Positions 60,752 through 64,000 of a stretch of DNA of 64,000 bases are shown one piece after another. This stretch comes from Dipteris shenzhenensis (taxonomy: Eukaryota). Every line of letters starts with the position of its first letter. The first letter of the stretch is position 1. The translations under genes and the position numbers were made by a program. Under the pieces are notes generated by a model that was given only the letters and a program-made list of their open reading frames with translations, was not told the origin of the DNA and did not search any database. The DNA lies in the NCBI GenBank assembly GCA_047967505.1, contig CM106538.1. One strand, given 5' to 3'.

Positions 60752-61503
60752 CAAATTTTGAAATATAGCTCTTCCCGCCATTGTTCCCTTTTGAATTTTG
60801 GATATATAGAGTGGCACTTATGCCATTCTCTCCAATATTAAATTTAAATTCAAATTCATATTGATATTTTTAATTTCAATTTGTATTTCAAATTGAAATT
60901 ATTCTTTTGAAATTGTATTTCAAAACCTAAATTCTAGTTTTCAAATTTTGATTTCAAGTTAAACTTCAATCTCAATTTTGATTTTCATGATTGAATGGCA
61001 AATTTAGAGATTGAAATTCTAATTTTAAATGGAGAATGGCACTAGATTTTCATGATTGAATGGCAAATTTAGAGATTGAAATTCTAATTTTAAATGGAGA
61101 ATGGCACCAGTGCCATTCTCCAAGACCTCATAAGAAGTCCGTGAGAGTGGCACTAGTGCCAATATCCCTTGAGATAAATAAAATTTTGAAATATAGCTCT
61201 TCCCGCCATTGTTCCCTTTTGAATTTTGGATATATAGAGTGGCACATATGCCATTCTCTCCAATATTAAATTCAAATTCAAATTCAAATAATTCTGTTTG
61301 AAATTGTATTTCAAAACCGAAATTCTAGTTTTCAAATTTTGATTTCAAGTTAAACTTTAATCTCAATTTTGATTTTCATGATTGAATGGCAAATTTAGAG
61401 ATTGAAATTCTAATTTTAAATGGAGAATGGCACCAGTGCCGTTCTCCAAGACCTCATAAGAAGTCCTTGAGAGTGACACTAGTGCCGATATCCCTTGAGA
61501 TAA
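60752..61503. repeat. AT-rich ~430 bp tandem duplication with an internal ~62 bp duplication
   Basis: aaattttgaaatatagctcttcccgcc at ~60753 and ~61181; gattttcatgattgaatggc repeated at 60981, 61045 and 61371. Confidence 0.85.
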
Positions 61504-61559
61504 ATTGAAAGACTTGCAACACTAGTCAAGATTTATGTGTAAGATTTGGTACCAAAATA

Positions 61560-64000
61560 AAAGTATCAATGATACACTACCAATAAAATCAATGGAATGC
61601 CAATCTACATGTTGAGTTTGTGCAGATTTCCACTGGGATCTACATAATGGAACTTAGATCCCCAAACTCACATGTGTATTGGAACCTGGCACCATTCTCC
61701 TATGATCACTGGAATACCCCTCCTATAATATTAGGGTAAACAACTGTACCAAGGGAGAATGGTAGTGGTTCCAATCTCTTATTAGGCCCTAGAAAATGGC
61801 ACTGAGAAGCCTAAACTCACATGCCATTCTTCTATGTTCCACCGGTGGAGAATGGCAGTGGTACCATTCTCTAAAACATCCACAAGGAATCCTAAACTCA
61901 CATGTGCATTAACACTTTTGCCATTATCCTACTGCAGCCAATAAAATTAGTGGAATGTCAATCCATAGGTTTAGTTTGTCTAGATTACCACTAGTGGAGA
62001 ATGGCAGTGATGCCAATCTCATGCAGGCACCTACATAATGACACTAAGATCAACAAACTCACATGTGGACACCATTCTCCTATGATCACTGGAATACCCC
62101 ACCTAGAATAGTAGGGTAAACATTTGTACAAGTGGAGAATGGCAGGGTGCCGATCTATTATTAGGCCCTAGAAAATGGCATTGAGAAGCCTAAACTCACA
62201 TGTGCATGCTTCTCAATGCCATTTTCTAGGGCCTAATAAGAGATTGGCACCACTGGAGAATGGATTTGTGTCAATCTTTGTGGAGAATGCCACCAGTGGA
62301 GAATGACAGTGGTGCCAATCTCATACCAAGACCTTAAAAATGGCACAAGGAATCCTAAACTCACATGTGCATTGGCACTCTTGCCATTATACTACTGCAC
62401 CCAATAAAATTTGTGGAATGTCAATCTACAAGTTTAGTTTATCTAGACTGCCACCAGTGGAGAATTGAACTGATGCCAATCACATGCAGGCAACTACATA
62501 ATGACACTGAGATCCTCAGACTCACATGTGGATTGGAATCGGGCACCATTCTCCTATGATCCTTGGAATACCCCTCCTAGAATATTAGGGTAAAGATTTG
62601 TACCAACGGAGAATGGCAGTGGTGCCAATCTCTTATTAGGCCCTAGAAAATGGCACTGTGAAGCCTAAACTCACATGTGCAACCAATAAAATTAGTGGAA
62701 TGTCAATCTATAGGTTTTGTCTAGATTACCACTAGTGGAGAAGCCTAAACTCACATGTGCATTCTTCTATGTAGTGATCACTGTCTCCGCTGTGTACAAA
62801 TGTTCACCACTCTCCTATGATCACTGGAATACCCCTCCTAGAATAGTAGGGTAAACATTTGTACAAGTGGAGAAAAGTGGTGCCAATCTCATACCATGAC
62901 CTGAAAACATGCACAAGGAATCCTAAACTCACATGTGCATTGGCACTTTTGCCATTATCCTACTGCAGCCAATAAAATTAGTGGAATGTCAATCTATAGG
63001 TTCAGTTTGTCTAGATTACCACTAGCGGAGAATGGCAGTGGTGCCAATCTCTTATTACGCCCTAAGAAATGGCATTGAGAAGCCTAAACTCACATGTGCA
63101 TTCTTCTATGTAGTGATCACTCTCTCCGCTGTGTAGAGATCATATGGAATTGTGTCAATCTCTTATAAGGCAGTGGAATGTCAATCTATAGGTTTAGTTT
63201 GTCTAGACTACCACTAGTGGAGAATGGCAGTGATGCCAAACTCATGTTGGCACCTACATAATGACACTAAGATCATCAAACTCACATGTGGAATGGAATC
63301 GGACACCACTCTCCTATGATCACAGGAATACCCCTCCTAGAATAGTACGGTAAACATTTGTCATTGAGAAGCCTAAACTCACATGTGCATTCTTCTATGT
63401 AGTGATCACTGTCTCCGCTGTGCAGAGATCATATGGAATTGTGTCAATCTCTGTGGAGAATACCACCAGTGGAGAATGGTAGTGGTGCCAATCTCATACC
63501 ATGACCTGCAAACATGCACAAGGAATCCTAAACTCACATGTGCATTCTTCTATGTAGAGATCACTGTCTCCGCTGTGTAGAGATCATATGGAATTGTGTC
63601 AATCTCTGAGTTCATCAAACTCACATGTTGATTGGAATCGGACACCACTCTCCTATGATCACTGGAATACCCCTCCTAGAATAGTAGGGTCAACATTTGT
63701 ACAAGTGGAGAATGGCAGTGGTGCCAATCTCTTATTAGGCCCTAAGAAATGGGAAGCCTAAACTCACATGTGCATTCTTCTATGTAGTGATCACTGTCTC
63801 CACTGTGCAGAGATCATATGGAATTGTGTCAATCTCTGTGGAGAATGCCACCAGTGGAGAATGGCAGTGGTGCCAATCTCATACCATGACCTGATAACAT
63901 GCACAAGGAATCCTAAACTCACATGTGCATTGGCACTTTTGCCATTATAGAATGCCACCAGTGGAGAATGGCAATGTTGCACAAGGAATCCTAAACTCAC
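61560..64000. repeat. Mosaic satellite / subterminal repeat array, runs off the window
   Basis: Many copies of aaactcacatgtg and gtggagaatggcagtggtgccaatct in shuffled modules. Confidence 0.85.

Noticed and set aside
61560-64000. CRISPR-like array
   Set aside because: Sequences between the recurring motifs are themselves repeated, not unique spacers; eukaryotic context with no cas genes

Overview
Eukaryotic, repeat-dense plant DNA. TTTAGGG motifs, tRNA-iMet/Asp primer sites and the TE content suggest a large-genome land plant; a fern or lycophyte is my inference only. Left to right: (1) a truncated Ty1/Copia element. (2) A ~7 kb array of an endonuclease-less Penelope-like retroelement: coiled-coil ORF1 plus RT ORF, tandem and inverted ~1 kb pseudo-LTRs, each with a minimal type I hammerhead ribozyme motif and bounded by telomeric heptamers. 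One heptamer pair lies inside the RT reading frame. (3) A greater-than-unit-length endogenous caulimovirid (MP-CP-AP-RT-RH, 35S-like TATA) split by an L1 LINE with a 12 bp TSD. (4) An intron-containing Cys-rich putative transposase relic with a young 2.2 kb non-autonomous LTR element in its intron. (5) Two oppositely oriented copies of one Athila-like Ty3/Gypsy family, whose TSD arrangement suggests an LTR-mediated inversion of ~10 kb. (6) Inside that segment, a chromovirus relic, a microsatellite foldback and one apparently intact four-exon remorin-like host gene. (7) A further putative transposase fragment and a mosaic satellite. The most notable system is the telomere-repeat/hammerhead Penelope-like array at ~3.9-11 kb. 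All family calls come from motif recognition by eye; no searches were run.
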